Notes under the pieces: generated by a model
What the model saw: the letters and a program-made list of their open reading frames with translations, nothing else
What the model was told of the DNA's origin: nothing
Database searches by the model: none
Origin: a virus
Taxonomy: Duplodnaviria > Caudoviricetes
Direction: 5' to 3' (one strand)
IMG/VR virus record: IMGVR_UViG_3300026196_000018
Coordinates: 1 to 30,947 of that record
DNA: 30,947 nucleotides
Position numbers and translations under genes: made by a program
In this document: piece after piece, positions 6,274 through 15,126 of the stretch
How positions within the stretch are numbered: position 1 is the stretch's first letter
Layout: each line of letters starts with the position of its first letter

Positions 6274-7611
6274 ATGTGCGGAATAGTAGGCTACATGGGC
6301 ACTGGCGGGATGAGAGAGGAGACAGCATTCGGCACGTTGCTGATGCTGGATCAACTCCGAGGGATTGACAGCACGGGAGTTTGTGTTGTCAACGGGGACA
6401 AGTCAGTCAATGTCCTCAAGGATACCTGCCTGCCTCCCAAGATACTGTGCAGCGAGCCTTATCGGGCACTGCTCAGGAAACAAGTTCGTCTCTTGCTTGG
6501 CCACAATCGAGCGGCCACGCAGGGGAAGGTGACTAAGGGCAATGCCCATCCTTTCATTAAGGGCAACATCATCGGTGTTCACAACGGCACGCTCGACGAC
6601 CTGGGCAAGATGGACAAGGCCAACAAGTTCGGTACGGATAGCGAAGCCATCTTCTACAACATCGACAAGCATGGTATCGAGGATGTTTGGGGTAACCGAC
6701 TGTCGGGGGCGGCTAGTTTAGTCTGGTACGATCAAGTAGATCAGACTCTCCACTTCCTTCGCAATGCTCGGCGGCCCCTTTGGTTCACCTATACGGAGGA
6801 CAACAAGGGATTATTTTGGGCATCGGAGATCTGGATGTTGAAGATTGCCTTGGGCAAGAACAACATCAAGCATCATAAGATCTTCTCGCCGGAGCCTCAC
6901 CACCACTTTATGTTCGAACAGACGGGGTTCAAGGATATCGAAGAGGTATGGGAAGAGTTGAAACCCTACAGTCCTCCCATCATCGGCGGGTCCTATCCAT
7001 TGGCGAGGGAGTATGCGACTCCGGAACTGTACCGGGTTGCGATCATCAAATACAACCGAGAGCACCCGGGCCTTACGCCTCACCACAATACTCATGTCTC
7101 CTTCGAGAAACTCAAGAAAGAGTGGGCAATCGCTAAAGGAGACGCTGGCCCTTTTCGGGACCCGAGCACTCAGCGGGAGCTGAACACAGATACACCGCTT
7201 CTAACTGGGAAGAGGAATGGGTTCGGCACGTCCACGGACAAGGACGACTCCCAACAGTCCACTGACTTAGATAACGGACTGCCATCGCAAGTGCTCGCTA
7301 CTCCGGCTGCCCGGGCTGCACTGGAACGGAGAGACGAACGGCAGCGTCATCGGCGGCGTGTTCGAGGCATTCGATCATGGCGCGGTACATCGAGATCTCG
7401 TCAGCTTGCCCTCGACGGCGAGTCCCCGATAAATGTGATGACGGAGAAGCAATTCAAGAAGAAGTACAAACAATGTACTTTCTGTCGGGAGAGCTTGGCC
7501 CAAGAATACGACACGGCCATAATCATCGACGATCACCACGCCTCCTGCAATAGCTGCGCTTTGGTAGCAGAAACAGAGGGTGTTAACCTGACACAAGGAG
7601 CAAAAGGATGA
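6274..7611 (+). CDS. class II (Ntn) glutamine amidotransferase with C-terminal Zn-binding motif
   Basis: N-terminal MCGIVG, RGIDSTG, HNRAAT, NAHPF, HNG, TDSE; C-terminal CTFC...CNSC. Confidence 0.93.
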   Translation: MCGIVGYMGTGGMREETAFGTLLMLDQLRGIDSTGVCVVNGDKSVNVLKDTCLPPKILCSEPYRALLRKQVRLLLGHNRAATQGKVTKGNAHPFIKGNIIGVHNGTLDDLGKMDKANKFGTDSEAIFYNIDKHGIEDVWGNRLSGAASLVWYDQVDQTLHFLRNARRPLWFTYTEDNKGLFWASEIWMLKIALGKNNIKHHKIFSPEPHHHFMFEQTGFKDIEEVWEELKPYSPPIIGGSYPLAREYATPELYRVAIIKYNREHPGLTPHHNTHVSFEKLKKEWAIAKGDAGPFRDPSTQRELNTDTPLLTGKRNGFGTSTDKDDSQQSTDLDNGLPSQVLATPAARAALERRDERQRHRRRVRGIRSWRGTSRSRQLALDGESPINVMTEKQFKKKYKQCTFCRESLAQEYDTAIIIDDHHASCNSCALVAETEGVNLTQGAKG

Positions 7612-8471
7612 GCGGCCAGTTACTCATCGGAGCCGACCCGGAGTTATTCGTGAAAGCGGGTGACAAGTTCCGGTCCGGCTACGGGATGATCCCCGGCACT
7701 AAGTTGGAGCCACACAAGGTCAGCCACGGTGCTGTCCAAGTGGATGGCATGGCCTTGGAGTTCAACATCGACCCGTCGACGGGGCCGGAAGATTTCATCA
7801 ACAATATCCACATCGTTCTCTCGGAGCTGCGGAAGATGGTGCCGGAGGACTACGATCTGGCGCTATGCCCTACCGCCGAGTTCGATCGACAGCACATGGC
7901 GGAGCAGCCCGAGGAAGCTCGGATACTTGGGTGTGACCCGGACTACAATGCCTACACCGGTCTCATCAATACCCCGCCGACGCCCCCTGCCACCATGCGG
8001 ACCGCAGCCGGCCACGTCCATCTCGGTTGGACGCAGGATGTGGACGTTAGCAACCCCGATCATTTCCAGAAGTGTCGGAGGTTGGCCATCCAGTTGGACT
8101 ATTTCCTCGGCGTGCCGTCTCTTTTACTCGACCCGGACAAGAAGCGCCGCGAGTTGTACGGGAAGGCCGGTGCATTCCGGCCCAAGCCCTACGGCATGGA
8201 ATACCGGGTGCTCAGTAACTTCTGGTTGCGCTCGCCCCAACTCATGAACTGGGTGTGGATGGGGGCCTGGGAGGGCTACCGTCACATGGAAGGTGGCATG
8301 AACTGGGAGATGGTGATGCGGGATAAGAAGCAAGCCGAGACGGCGCGTACCATCATCAACAATGGCGATGCCGACGAAGCCCGGAAACTGTGTCGTTTAT
8401 TGAATATCAACTGGCCAGCCCGAAGCGATGCCGTCCGCGCAGCGGCCCCAAATAGAGGGTGGCAGCGATGA
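7608..8471 (+). CDS. phiEco32-like COOH-NH2 ligase type 2
   Basis: IGADPELF, QVDGMALEFN, GCDPDYNAY, GHVHLG, RRELYGKAGAFRPKPYGMEYRVLSNFW. Confidence 0.93.
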   Translation: MSGQLLIGADPELFVKAGDKFRSGYGMIPGTKLEPHKVSHGAVQVDGMALEFNIDPSTGPEDFINNIHIVLSELRKMVPEDYDLALCPTAEFDRQHMAEQPEEARILGCDPDYNAYTGLINTPPTPPATMRTAAGHVHLGWTQDVDVSNPDHFQKCRRLAIQLDYFLGVPSLLLDPDKKRRELYGKAGAFRPKPYGMEYRVLSNFWLRSPQLMNWVWMGAWEGYRHMEGGMNWEMVMRDKKQAETARTIINNGDADEARKLCRLLNINWPARSDAVRAAAPNRGWQR

Positions 8472-9088
8472 AATCAAAAAGCTTCTACGATTTGGACCAT
8501 GCACGTGCGTATCTCAGTAACTCGATGGTGTTGATCCGCAAGCGTGTGGCCATGATTGACAACGTGGCCCATGGCGGAGAGAAAGGGCAGTTTACTTTAA
8601 CGTTCCGCTATGTAAGCGACCCCAATACGCCGCGAGTTATTAACTATCCCAATCCTCTGGTGGATTTCACCCCGTTCCCGCTCGGTTGGTATGCCCGTAA
8701 GAGGCCGAAGCAAGGGTTCAAAGCGTACTATATGTCACGACGGCCCACCCGAGGCTGGAAGGTGGGGCTTACAGCTCACACGTTGGCGTTCCAGCGCCCC
8801 GGAAAACCGTCTGGTCGCTATCAACCAACCGATCCTGATCCCTTGATCTGGACACGTGAGTTCGACAAGATGGTGGCTGGGGAATATGAAAGCTACATAA
8901 GGGCGTTTAGGATCGTGCAGAGATCGAAGACTTCAGAAGTACCGTTCAGCCGGCGCTTCGTTGTGACCGTAGACGGGGTTTTCTATCGCTTCTTGGCTGA
9001 TCCCGTAGCCAATGCCACAGCCGATGGGCCTCAACTATTCGATGATTATCGGTATCTCGCCGAAGCCTTGCAGGAGGACATGAGATGA
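8468..9088 (+). CDS. hypothetical protein of the ligase cluster
   Basis: ATGA-coupled on both sides; YYMSRRPTRGWKVGL resembles the accessory gene seen between the ligase and amidoligase in such clusters. Confidence 0.8.
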   Translation: MKSKSFYDLDHARAYLSNSMVLIRKRVAMIDNVAHGGEKGQFTLTFRYVSDPNTPRVINYPNPLVDFTPFPLGWYARKRPKQGFKAYYMSRRPTRGWKVGLTAHTLAFQRPGKPSGRYQPTDPDPLIWTREFDKMVAGEYESYIRAFRIVQRSKTSEVPFSRRFVVTVDGVFYRFLADPVANATADGPQLFDDYRYLAEALQEDMR

Positions 9089-10230
9089 AGATAAACGAGA
9101 TGTTCAGCCTTCGCCGTAAGAATGGAGAGGTTGGCATTGAGATCGAAATCGAAGGAAGAAAACTTCCCGAAGGCGTCAAAGAGTGGTGGCGCGTCACGGG
9201 CGACGGCAGCCTGCGAGGCAACGGCTTTGAGTACGTACTGAGCAATCCCATCAAGCGCGAGGCAGTCCCCGAAGCGTTGGCCTATCTCATGGAGCAGTTC
9301 GAGAAAACCGAGAGTACACTCAAGCCGAGTGACCGGTGCGGTGTCCATGTCCACGTCAACTGCCAGACCTTGACGTTCAATCAAGTCATGTCCTTTATCA
9401 CCCTCTATCTATCATTGGAGGACATCCTGGTCCACTACTGTGGTGAAGAACGAGAGGGCAATCTCTTCTGCTTGCGGGCCCGGGATGCGGAGGCTATCAT
9501 CCCCTCCTTGGTTGAGTGCGTACAGCACCAGCATTTCCAGCCAGCAATGATGGACAACATCCGCTATGCTTCCATGAACATCACTGCTCTGGCTAAGTAC
9601 GGTAGCCTGGAGTTTAGATCACTGCCTACTCCCAAAGATATGCAGGAGATCACGACCTGGGTCAACCTGTTGCTGCGTGTTAAGGATGCAGCGATGGATT
9701 TCTCAAACGCCGCAGCCGTGATCGAGGGCATCTCAATGGCCGGCGCCGATCGGTTCCTTGCCCAGGTCTTTGGCCCACTGGCCGAGATCATCGAGACCAG
9801 AGGGCAGGATAGGCTGCTGATGGAGGGCATCCGTCGAGTACAGGACTTGGCCTATGTCAGGCCTATTCCGAAATTGGTCAAGCGATACCAGAACATAGAC
9901 GTGGACATAGAGGATGGGGATTTGCAGGCGGAGCCAGAAGAGGCCCCGGAGGCGGACCGGGAGGTCATTCCAGGCGGCGGTGGCCGGTTTGGTCAAGGGC
10001 TTCAGCCGCCGAACTTCCAGCCGGCGCACCGCGGGACGGCGCGTCCTCAGGTAGTCCCGAGGGTGGTATGGGAGCAGCTCAGCCTTGCGGAGCGGGCGGC
10101 CTTGGCAAGGGGGCAGAACATAGTTGTTGCTCCGGCGGAGCCGCAGCCGAGAGCAGCCGGTCGCCGGCGTCCGCGGGTTCGCAATAGAGTACAAGATGGC
10201 CCCGCCCGCCCTCGTAATAGGAGGGACTGA
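9085..10230 (+). CDS. putative amidoligase (Amidoligase_2, glutamine-synthetase-like fold) with long disordered C-tail
   Basis: VGIEIEIEG, DGSLRGNGFEYV, RCGVHVHVN, RY, GSLEFR. Confidence 0.92.
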   Translation: MKINEMFSLRRKNGEVGIEIEIEGRKLPEGVKEWWRVTGDGSLRGNGFEYVLSNPIKREAVPEALAYLMEQFEKTESTLKPSDRCGVHVHVNCQTLTFNQVMSFITLYLSLEDILVHYCGEEREGNLFCLRARDAEAIIPSLVECVQHQHFQPAMMDNIRYASMNITALAKYGSLEFRSLPTPKDMQEITTWVNLLLRVKDAAMDFSNAAAVIEGISMAGADRFLAQVFGPLAEIIETRGQDRLLMEGIRRVQDLAYVRPIPKLVKRYQNIDVDIEDGDLQAEPEEAPEADREVIPGGGGRFGQGLQPPNFQPAHRGTARPQVVPRVVWEQLSLAERAALARGQNIVVAPAEPQPRAAGRRRPRVRNRVQDGPARPRNRRD

Positions 10231-11075
10231 TGCTAATATATTCTTATAAACCAGGAAGTGGCGGAGCCAAGCACCTAGCACAAGCCCTTAACATCCGCCG
10301 CATCAAGCACGAAGGCTCACGTTTTAGCGGAGCCAGACATCCGACAGTGATTAACTGGGGAGCTTCCGAGCTTCCCGGCTGGTCCGCTAATTGTCGGATA
10401 ATCAACCCACCGGAGGCTGTGGCAGCGGCTTCCAATAAGCTGCGCTTTTTCCGCCAGGTCAGTGAAGCTGGGCATGAGGGGCTATTGCCTCCCTGGACTG
10501 ACTCTCGCGACGTAGCGCAACGGTGGGTACGGGATGGTTCGGTCGTAGTGGCACGCACTATCCTGTCCGGGCATTCGGGAGCTGGCATCGTCCTGGTCCA
10601 CGGTGACCAAGATCTCCCGAATGCCCCACTATTCGTGAAGTACATCAAGAAACAGGAAGAGTATCGCGTCCATGTACTTCATGGTGAAGTGATCGACGTG
10701 CAGCGGAAGGCCCGTCGGCACGATCATGATAATCCCAACTGGCAGGTAAGGAACCATCAGAATGGGTTCATTTACTCCAGAGAGGGAGCTAACCCACCGG
10801 CCCGAGTACGCGAGGTCGCCCTTGAAGCGATGGCGTGCACACGGTTGGACTTTGGGGCGGTGGATATTATCTGGAATGCAAAGGAGGAGCGACCCTATGT
10901 CCTCGAAATCAACACGGCGCCGGGCCTCGAAGGGACCACTATCGAGCGGTACGCTAACGCATTCCGAGTCCAACCTTATGTACGAGAAAGGGTGGCGGTG
11001 GCACAAAGACTACGGCGGCGTCCGGTACAGCGCCAGCAGCGACGCGCCGCACCTAATCGTCGACAAAGAAGGTAG
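10230..11075 (+). CDS. ATP-grasp peptide ligase (RimK-like, phage type)
   Basis: VINWG, EYRVHV, LDFGAVD, VLEINTAPG (ExN). Confidence 0.93.
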   Translation: MLIYSYKPGSGGAKHLAQALNIRRIKHEGSRFSGARHPTVINWGASELPGWSANCRIINPPEAVAAASNKLRFFRQVSEAGHEGLLPPWTDSRDVAQRWVRDGSVVVARTILSGHSGAGIVLVHGDQDLPNAPLFVKYIKKQEEYRVHVLHGEVIDVQRKARRHDHDNPNWQVRNHQNGFIYSREGANPPARVREVALEAMACTRLDFGAVDIIWNAKEERPYVLEINTAPGLEGTTIERYANAFRVQPYVRERVAVAQRLRRRPVQRQQRRAAPNRRQRR

Positions 11076-11120
11076 TGCAACTTGGTCTGCGGACCTCATG
11101 GAGATAAGGAGACAACTCTA

Positions 11121-11540
11121 ATGGAACTCGCAGGGTTTCCCGGATGCTGCGGTGGGATTGTTATCGTGAATTTTCCGCTGCCATCCTACGATGCCAACGG
11201 TGGGTTACGGCCCTATGCCCCCGGCATGGTGACCTTGGGCGGGGCTGGCCCCACAGGCAACCCCGCCAATAGCCAGGAAGAGATGGCGCGCCTGTTGGAC
11301 GAGAAGATTGCCGCGTCTTCGCAGGTCGCCTTCGTCTGCATTGCCCGCAATGCCCGCCAGAGGGATCATTGGAAGCGCCTCATCTATCGTAAGGGCTTTC
11401 GCCGTGTGGCCTATGGGCTAAACCAGAACCACAACAGCGACGTGTTCCTGTACGTATTGTCCAACCATCGGAAGCACCCCAATGGCGAAGATGACAGGCG
11501 CCTGCCGGAGGTCCGTGATGGGCGAACAGCCGCTACCTAA
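11121..11540 (+). CDS. hypothetical protein with FPGCCG motif
   Basis: AAGGAG SD before ATG 11121, in frame with listed ORF 11082..11540. Confidence 0.75.
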   Translation: MELAGFPGCCGGIVIVNFPLPSYDANGGLRPYAPGMVTLGGAGPTGNPANSQEEMARLLDEKIAASSQVAFVCIARNARQRDHWKRLIYRKGFRRVAYGLNQNHNSDVFLYVLSNHRKHPNGEDDRRLPEVRDGRTAAT

Positions 11541-11562
11541 ACTCCAGAGCCTCCACTTCAAA

Positions 11563-11781
11563 ATGGAGGATATACTGGATCGCGCCTCGGCCGAGCTCAT
11601 CCTGGAGGAGATGAAGATGATGGGCTGGTCGGGGGATAAGCAGGGGAACTGGACTAAAACGGACCCCTACACCAAAGAGGTCTTAGACACCGCTGATCCC
11701 CATAAACGGGGTAAAATATGGGACGATGACCTCGACACTGCCACCTATTTGGTGGTCAACCAAAGGAGTAGACCCAATTGA
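11563..11781 (+). CDS. hypothetical protein (start uncertain: 11563, 11611 or 11617)
   Basis: Fills the gap and is coupled to the next gene. Confidence 0.55.
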   Translation: MEDILDRASAELILEEMKMMGWSGDKQGNWTKTDPYTKEVLDTADPHKRGKIWDDDLDTATYLVVNQRSRPN

Positions 11782-12044
11782 AACAGACACCTAGCTACCT
11801 CACCGGCTTCCTCATCGGCGCTGGCGTGGGCTCCTCGGCCATCGCCCTGGCCGACATCCTGGGCCTCGCCATTCCCGGATATGAACTTCTGATTCTGCAT
11901 CCACTGACCACTGCTGCCCTGTGGGCGGGGTCCGTCGTCGTCGGTGGGCTGGTGGTCCTGAAGATCCGACACCAGCGGACCTGTAAGAAGGTGCAATCAT
12001 GTTCGAGCGTCTGTTCGAAAGGCTCGACCGGCTGCTGTGGGTAG
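11778..12044 (+). CDS. small two-TM membrane protein
   Basis: AAGGAG SD, TTG start, two hydrophobic segments. Confidence 0.6.
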   Translation: MKQTPSYLTGFLIGAGVGSSAIALADILGLAIPGYELLILHPLTTAALWAGSVVVGGLVVLKIRHQRTCKKVQSCSSVCSKGSTGCCG

Positions 12045-12190
12045 CCCTTGAGTCGCCCTACTTCGCTATCCCCTTGGGAACACTGGCCATTTCGGCTGCG
12101 CTCTACTGTCTCTATGTAGCAGCGCAGCTACTTTTCCTGGATGTGGGGGTACGTACGTTGATTGGCCAGATCAGGGCACTTCTGGCATGA
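11999..12190 (+). CDS. small membrane protein, 63 aa
   Basis: AAGG(T) SD; hydrophobic central segment. Confidence 0.6.
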   Translation: MFERLFERLDRLLWVALESPYFAIPLGTLAISAALYCLYVAAQLLFLDVGVRTLIGQIRALLA

Positions 12191-12223
12191 TAATATGTAT
12201 ATTTACCCCGGGGGGGCTATAGT

Positions 12224-12252
12224 ATTATACCTCCGAAATCGGAAAAGGTCTA
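12224..12252 (-). promoter_or_regulatory. mirror-image sigma70-like promoter facing left (antisense to early genes)
   Basis: On the - strand: TAGACC (12252-12247), 17 bp spacer, TATAAT (12229-12224). Confidence 0.6.
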
Positions 12253-12277
12253 CAAAAATAATTATTTTTTTTTTCTG

Positions 12278-12306
12278 TTTACCTTTTCCTATTTTCAGGG
12301 TATAAT
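12278..12306 (+). promoter_or_regulatory. sigma70-like promoter for the replication module
   Basis: TTTACC (12278-12283), 17 bp spacer, TATAAT (12301-12306); AT-rich UP-like tract upstream; AGGAGG SD follows. Confidence 0.8.
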
Positions 12307-12322
12307 ACTATAGGAGGGCACG

Positions 12323-12538
12323 ATGAACTATTGGTTTGTGGTCGAGAAAGACGGCCCGTCCTTGTGGCTGGTGGCGGTGGAAGATACGGAAGATGCAGCC
12401 AAGGAGACCAAGGCTAGGGTAGTAGCACAGCGGCCTAATGCCGACTTCATCATATTTACTGAGGTCGTCCCGTTAGACCAGGCGCCGGCAAAAGAATTCA
12501 AGCGGGTCAACCGCATAGGGATGGGAGGGAATAGCTGA
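12323..12538 (+). CDS. hypothetical protein, 71 aa
   Basis: AGGAGG SD directly after the promoter. Confidence 0.75.
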   Translation: MNYWFVVEKDGPSLWLVAVEDTEDAAKETKARVVAQRPNADFIIFTEVVPLDQAPAKEFKRVNRIGMGGNS

Positions 12539-13077
12539 TGGCTGAAGTATTCCTCATAAGTGATACCCACCTGGGCCACAAGAACATTCTGAAGTTTACT
12601 AAACCTAATGGTGAACTGCTTCGTCCTGGGTTCGTTGATGTGGATGACATGAACCGCTACATCTTCGCGGCATGGCGAAAGGTTGTCACCGACAAGGATA
12701 AGATATATCACTTGGGAGATGTAGCATTTAACAAGTACATCCTGGAGCGGATGGTTGATCTACCTGGGAAGAAGCGGTTGGTTCGTGGGAACCACGATCT
12801 CTTCAAGCTTAAGACCTACGCCAGGGTATTCGAGGATGTGTACGGCGTTAAGCAGATTAATGGGATGTGGCTGACCCACTTCCCGATGCACCCAGCAGCA
12901 GTAGAGCAGCCCCGGGTGAAGGCCAATATTCATGGGCACCTGCACGCACACCATATCATGTTCAAGCCAAATGTCCGGCACCCTAAGTATGAGAACGTCT
13001 GCGTGGAAAACCTGTTGGGATATGCCCCAGTTCCGCTGGACGAGCTAGTAGAAATCATTAAGCAAAGAAATAGTTAG
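12538..13077 (+). CDS. calcineurin-like metallophosphoesterase
   Basis: SDTH, HLGD, GNHD, THFP, HGHLH motifs. Confidence 0.92.
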   Translation: MAEVFLISDTHLGHKNILKFTKPNGELLRPGFVDVDDMNRYIFAAWRKVVTDKDKIYHLGDVAFNKYILERMVDLPGKKRLVRGNHDLFKLKTYARVFEDVYGVKQINGMWLTHFPMHPAAVEQPRVKANIHGHLHAHHIMFKPNVRHPKYENVCVENLLGYAPVPLDELVEIIKQRNS

Positions 13078-13096
13078 AGCATAATCGGGAGGCACA

Positions 13097-14767
13097 GTGG
13101 CAGGCCATTGCGTAGAAAAATTGCCGCACGAAGAATGCGGCTCACGCGACGCCCTTCAAGTATTTGAGGACGCAGGAACCTATAGTGGGTTCTGCTTTGC
13201 GTGCTCTACTTATGTGGCTGACCCTTATCATGACAAACCCGAAGGATATACGCCAGAGGTAACTGTCCGTACCGAGGAAGAGGACGAGGCTGAGCTGGGC
13301 ATGATTGACGCCCTGGCTTCGGTCTCCCTCCCTGATCGGAAGTTGGATGACTGGGCCCTGGCTTACTTCGGCGTGAAGATCGGCCTATCCGAGCAGGATG
13401 GGCAGACCCCGGCGCTGCACTACTATCCCTACTACAATGGGGATAAACGCATCGGGTATAAGGTCCGGGTGATTGCGGACAAGCGCATGTGGGTGATTGG
13501 TTCCGTTAAGGACGCCGACCTTTTCGGCTGGCATCAAGCCATTATAACTGGAGCTAAGCGCCTATTCATCACCGAGGGTGAGCTTGACGCAGTAGCCCTG
13601 TACCAAGCACTTAAGAACAAGAACCGTGGCGGCAAATTCGCGGAGTACGAACCCGCAGTAGTCTCGCTTAGCCGAGGCTCATCGGGCGTAAAGCGTGACC
13701 TCAATCGCCACTTGCAGGATATCAAGGCCATTTTCAAGGAAGTGGTCCTGGTATTCGACAAGGACGAGGCTGGCCAGAAGGCCACAAAGGAAGCGCTTCA
13801 GATCCTACCCACAGCACGAGCCGCCGTGCTGCCCGCCAAAGACGCGAACGACTGTGTAATGGAGGGCCGGTCCATGGCCCTATGCAACGCAGTCCTTTTC
13901 AACGCGGAAACCCCCAAGAATACGAGACTTGTAGTTGCCACAGACCTCTACGAGGCAGCCAGAGAGGCGCCTACGTGGGGACTGTCCTGGCCCTGGCAAG
14001 GGCTAACCGAGATGACGCGAGGCATCCGCTTCGGCGAGACGTATTATCTAGGTGCAGGCGTCAAGATGGGCAAGTCAGAGCTGGTCAACGCCATCGCTGC
14101 TCACCTGATGTTGGAGCACGATCTGCGCGTATTCATGGCCAAGCCCGAAGAAGCCAACCGTAAGACTATTCAGATGGTACTCGGTAAGGTAGCCGGGCGC
14201 TTCTTCCATGATCCGACTATGCCCTTTGACTATGAGGCATATGATGAGGCAGCGAAGAAGGTTGGCAATAAACTTATGCTTCTTAGCCTATATCAGCACC
14301 TTGGCTGGTCTAGTCTACGAAGTGATATACTGGCGGCTGTCGCCCAAGGGGCCAAGGCTGTCTTCATTGATCCCATTACAAACCTCACTAACGGAGTGCC
14401 AGCGGCAGAGGCAAATACTGTACTCCAGGCGATTGCGCAGGACCTCGCGGCTCTCGCTAAAGACCTGGATATCGTGGTATTTCTCTTTTGCCATCTCAAA
14501 GCGCCGGAAGCTGGCAGCCCCCATGAAAGAGGGGGAAAGGTACTGAGCCACCAGTTCTCTGGATCACGGGCGATGATGCGATCCTGTAATCTCATGCTGG
14601 GATTGGAGGGGAATAAGGACCCGGATCTAGAGTTGGAGCAGCGTAATATCCGCAGGCTTGTCATCCTGGAGGACCGAGAGTTCGGAGCTAGCGGATACAT
14701 TACGCTCTATTGGGATCATCACACTGGGCTGTTCAATGAGATACCGGACAGCCGCCATGCCAAGTGA
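13097..14767 (+). CDS. DNA primase-helicase (T7 gp4-like architecture)
   Basis: N-terminal Zn-binding region (H..CGS.D...CFAC), TOPRIM ITEGELDA and DKDEAG, Walker A AGVKMGKS, SF4 helicase motifs. Confidence 0.95.
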   Translation: MAGHCVEKLPHEECGSRDALQVFEDAGTYSGFCFACSTYVADPYHDKPEGYTPEVTVRTEEEDEAELGMIDALASVSLPDRKLDDWALAYFGVKIGLSEQDGQTPALHYYPYYNGDKRIGYKVRVIADKRMWVIGSVKDADLFGWHQAIITGAKRLFITEGELDAVALYQALKNKNRGGKFAEYEPAVVSLSRGSSGVKRDLNRHLQDIKAIFKEVVLVFDKDEAGQKATKEALQILPTARAAVLPAKDANDCVMEGRSMALCNAVLFNAETPKNTRLVVATDLYEAAREAPTWGLSWPWQGLTEMTRGIRFGETYYLGAGVKMGKSELVNAIAAHLMLEHDLRVFMAKPEEANRKTIQMVLGKVAGRFFHDPTMPFDYEAYDEAAKKVGNKLMLLSLYQHLGWSSLRSDILAAVAQGAKAVFIDPITNLTNGVPAAEANTVLQAIAQDLAALAKDLDIVVFLFCHLKAPEAGSPHERGGKVLSHQFSGSRAMMRSCNLMLGLEGNKDPDLELEQRNIRRLVILEDREFGASGYITLYWDHHTGLFNEIPDSRHAK

Positions 14768-14846
14768 GCAGGATAGGCGCCATACTGTCCTTGCCATTGC
14801 GCTAGCTTTATGTCCCATCCTGCTCCTATTCCTGATAGGAGGTTGA

Positions 14847-15023
14847 ATGCGAAAAGTAATCCATGAGCGTGCGAAGAAGCTAGGCATCCGCCGCAACGTG
14901 AAGAGGCATCAAGCAAGAAAGGCGCACAATGTCGAAGTCAACCAATCCGAACCATCTCAAGTACCCGTGCTATCGGATCGATCCCATCACGGGACTTCAA
15001 CTCGAAGTGGTAACGACAGCTAA
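14847..15023 (+). CDS. possible small basic protein, 58 aa
   Basis: AGGAGG SD before ATG 14847; overlaps the next ORF, so uncertain. Confidence 0.35.
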   Translation: MRKVIHERAKKLGIRRNVKRHQARKAHNVEVNQSEPSQVPVLSDRSHHGTSTRSGNDS

Positions 15024-15126
15024 TGACAAACCAAGAACGAAAGATGAAATGGCTCAACTAAGAGCTGCCATAGCGGGAGGTAATGTGCATGTTCTCCAGC
15101 AAGACAGAGGCGTACAAGGTAATTGA
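14929..15126 (+). CDS. hypothetical protein, 65 aa
   Basis: AAGG upstream of ATG; packed before the sigma gene. Confidence 0.5.
   Translation: MSKSTNPNHLKYPCYRIDPITGLQLEVVTTANDKPRTKDEMAQLRAAIAGGNVHVLQQDRGVQGN

Noticed and set aside
12217-12313. Protelomerase target (telRL-like) interpretation of the palindrome
   Set aside because: The centre is imperfect, no protelomerase gene is in the window, and promoter geometry explains the symmetry better
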